Shown one piece after another: positions 62,553 to 64,000 of a stretch of 64,000 nt of DNA. The stretch's first letter is position 1. Every line of letters begins with the position of its first letter. Origin of the DNA: Methanothrix sp. (GTDB lineage Archaea; Halobacteriota; Methanosarcinia; Methanotrichales; Methanotrichaceae). The notes below the pieces were generated by a model. That model saw only the letters and a program-made list of their open reading frames with translations. It ran no database searches and had not been told where the DNA came from. The translations under genes and the position numbers were made by a program. The stretch covers positions 2,880,001 through 2,944,000 of the forward strand of contig OY821645.1 in NCBI GenBank assembly GCA_963682135.1, read 5' to 3'.

Positions 62553-63293
62553 TTAAGTCGCTTCATCAAGTGCCCGCAGGGCCCTTAGAGTGCGGCGTAC
62601 GGAGAGCTTGCCGGTGTAGATGGCAGTTCCCGCCACAGCGCCGCCGGTTCCAGCCTCTCGCAGTGCCAGGACGTCTTCAACGGATGTAACTCCGCCTGCT
62701 GCCACTACCGGGATCTGCAGGGCTTGCACCAGGTCGCGCGTCGGCTCCAGATCGATGCCTTTTTGCTGTCCTTCCACATCGATATTGGTAAAGAGAATAG
62801 AGCCGGCTCCCTTCTCCTCAAAGAGCCGGCCCAGTTCTACTGCCTTCTTTCCCAGCGTCCTCTGCCAGCCCTCCGTGGTCACATCACCACGCCGCACATC
62901 CAGGGCCACCATAATTCTCTCCCGACCGTGGCGATCGGCCAGGCGAGAGACCATATCCGGATCTTTCAGGGCGGCAGTTCCCAGTATGGCCCGATCCACG
63001 CCTAGATCGAGGATAGTCGAGACATCCTCCTCTGTGCGGATGCCGCCTCCTACTTGAATAAACAGGTCCAGCTCTTTCACAATCTGGCTTAGGATGGATG
63101 CGTTGACTCGTTTTCCCAAGATCGCTCCGTCCAGATCGATGATATGCAGATGGTCCGCGCCCTCTGCCACCCAGCGTTCTGCCTGGGCCAGTGGATTGTC
63201 CAGGGCCACGACCTCGGTGCCAGGCACGCCGCCGATGAGCTGTACGCACTTGCCGCCACGCAGATCCACCGCAGGAAAGAATGAAAAAGTCAT
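62553..63293 (-). CDS. hisA: ProFAR isomerase
   Basis: PAVDLRGGKCVQL, HIIDLDGA, QVGGGIR, AAGGV. Confidence 0.95.
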   Translation of the reverse strand: MTFSFFPAVDLRGGKCVQLIGGVPGTEVVALDNPLAQAERWVAEGADHLHIIDLDGAILGKRVNASILSQIVKELDLFIQVGGGIRTEEDVSTILDLGVDRAILGTAALKDPDMVSRLADRHGRERIMVALDVRRGDVTTEGWQRTLGKKAVELGRLFEEKGAGSILFTNIDVEGQQKGIDLEPTRDLVQALQIPVVAAGGVTSVEDVLALREAGTGGAVAGTAIYTGKLSVRRTLRALRALDEAT

Positions 63294-63414
63294 GCCAACT
63301 GTTTTGCAGCAAATAGACCTTAACAGTTTCGATTCTTCTTAGAAAAAAAGGGTGTTGGGATTTTAGATTGCCTTCAGATTGCTTATGCCAGGTTTCGGAT
63401 TATCAAGTCCGCAG

Positions 63415-63642
63415 TTATGCCAGGCGACCCCTGAGGAATCGCGCTGCAGCAATTAGCGCGCCGCCGGCAAATGCAAATTCGAAGCCCGGCACGCTATTTT
63501 CTTTTTCTTCATCATCTGAATTGCCTTCGCCAGCTTCATTCTCATCGGCCTCTTTGCCCTCATCGTCATCGGCATAAACCGGTACCGAGCATGCCATGAT
63601 CATGAAGATGGCAGCGAGCAGAATTATGAGAGTCTTTTTCAT
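63415..63642 (-). CDS. Tiny acidic PGF-CTERM surface protein
   Basis: Signal peptide, Asp/Glu-rich stretch, then VPGF + TM helix + RFLRGR. Confidence 0.8.
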   Translation of the reverse strand: MKKTLIILLAAIFMIMACSVPVYADDDEGKEADENEAGEGNSDDEEKENSVPGFEFAFAGGALIAAARFLRGRLA

Positions 63643-63753
63643 TTCTTTCACCCAACTGTAGTTCCTATTCATTGTATATTTGATTTTAGGTCCGCGAAAG
63701 AGTGAGCCAATAAGATGTCTAGCATAATATTATATATGTTTAGGACGGAATCA

Positions 63754-64000
63754 GGGCTAATCTCCGCCTTTTCAAAGGCGGGATACAGCCCGTACCTATC
63801 GAAAGATATGTAAACTAATTGAACTAATAGCAAAGCAGAAAGGTGAAGTAAACCATTGAGAGTGTTTCGATATAGACTTAAGCCAACAAAAGCTCAAGTA
63901 ACCAAGCTGAATGAGCAACTAGAGCTTTGCCGATGGGTCTATAACGAAACGTTGGCTATGCGAAAGAATGCCTTTGAACAAGATGGGAAGTCTGTAAGCT
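63754..64000 (+). mobile_element. IS200/IS605-family element left end (tnpB-first), truncated by the window
   Basis: Subterminal hairpin GGGCT-AA-TCTCCGCCTT-TTCA-AAGGCGGGA-TAC-AGCCC followed by the tnpB start. Confidence 0.8.
63856..64000 (+). CDS. tnpB: TnpB RNA-guided endonuclease, N-terminal part
   Basis: RBS AGGTGA, TTG start, (M)RVFRYRLKPTKAQVTKLNEQLELCRWVYNETLAMRK. Confidence 0.9.
   Translation, partial: MRVFRYRLKPTKAQVTKLNEQLELCRWVYNETLAMRKNAFEQDGKSVS

Overview
A segment of a methanogenic archaeal chromosome. Gene content and rRNA look most like Methanothrix/Methanotrichales; that assignment is inferred, not searched. It opens inside an rRNA operon (16S 3' end, tRNA-Ala, 23S, tRNA-like spacer, 5S). 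Housekeeping genes follow: MoxR/DUF58, LarA-family, a hybrid histidine kinase, rimI, radB, DUF447, citG-like, methanogenesis marker 9, tRNA-Gly, a cysteate synthase-ATPase-GTPase-FeS operon, fwdFACDB, fdhA and hisAB. There is also a cluster of lineage-specific secreted proteins, and the window ends in an IS200/IS605 tnpB. Two accessory regions stand out. (1) At about 20.1-30.4 kb, a cassette array lies downstream of an intact Fe-S protein gene. Up to four progressively decayed copies of that gene's 3' part separate toxin-antitoxin modules and two paralogous 36-aa HEAT/alphaRep-like repeat proteins with variable surface residues. (2) At about 51.0-58.7 kb, a type I R-M locus appears to have lost hsdR. 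It hosts a ThsB-like TIR gene coupled to a small membrane protein with no thsA, plus an AAA_21/DUF4276 pair. All family calls come from motif recognition by eye; no database searches were run.
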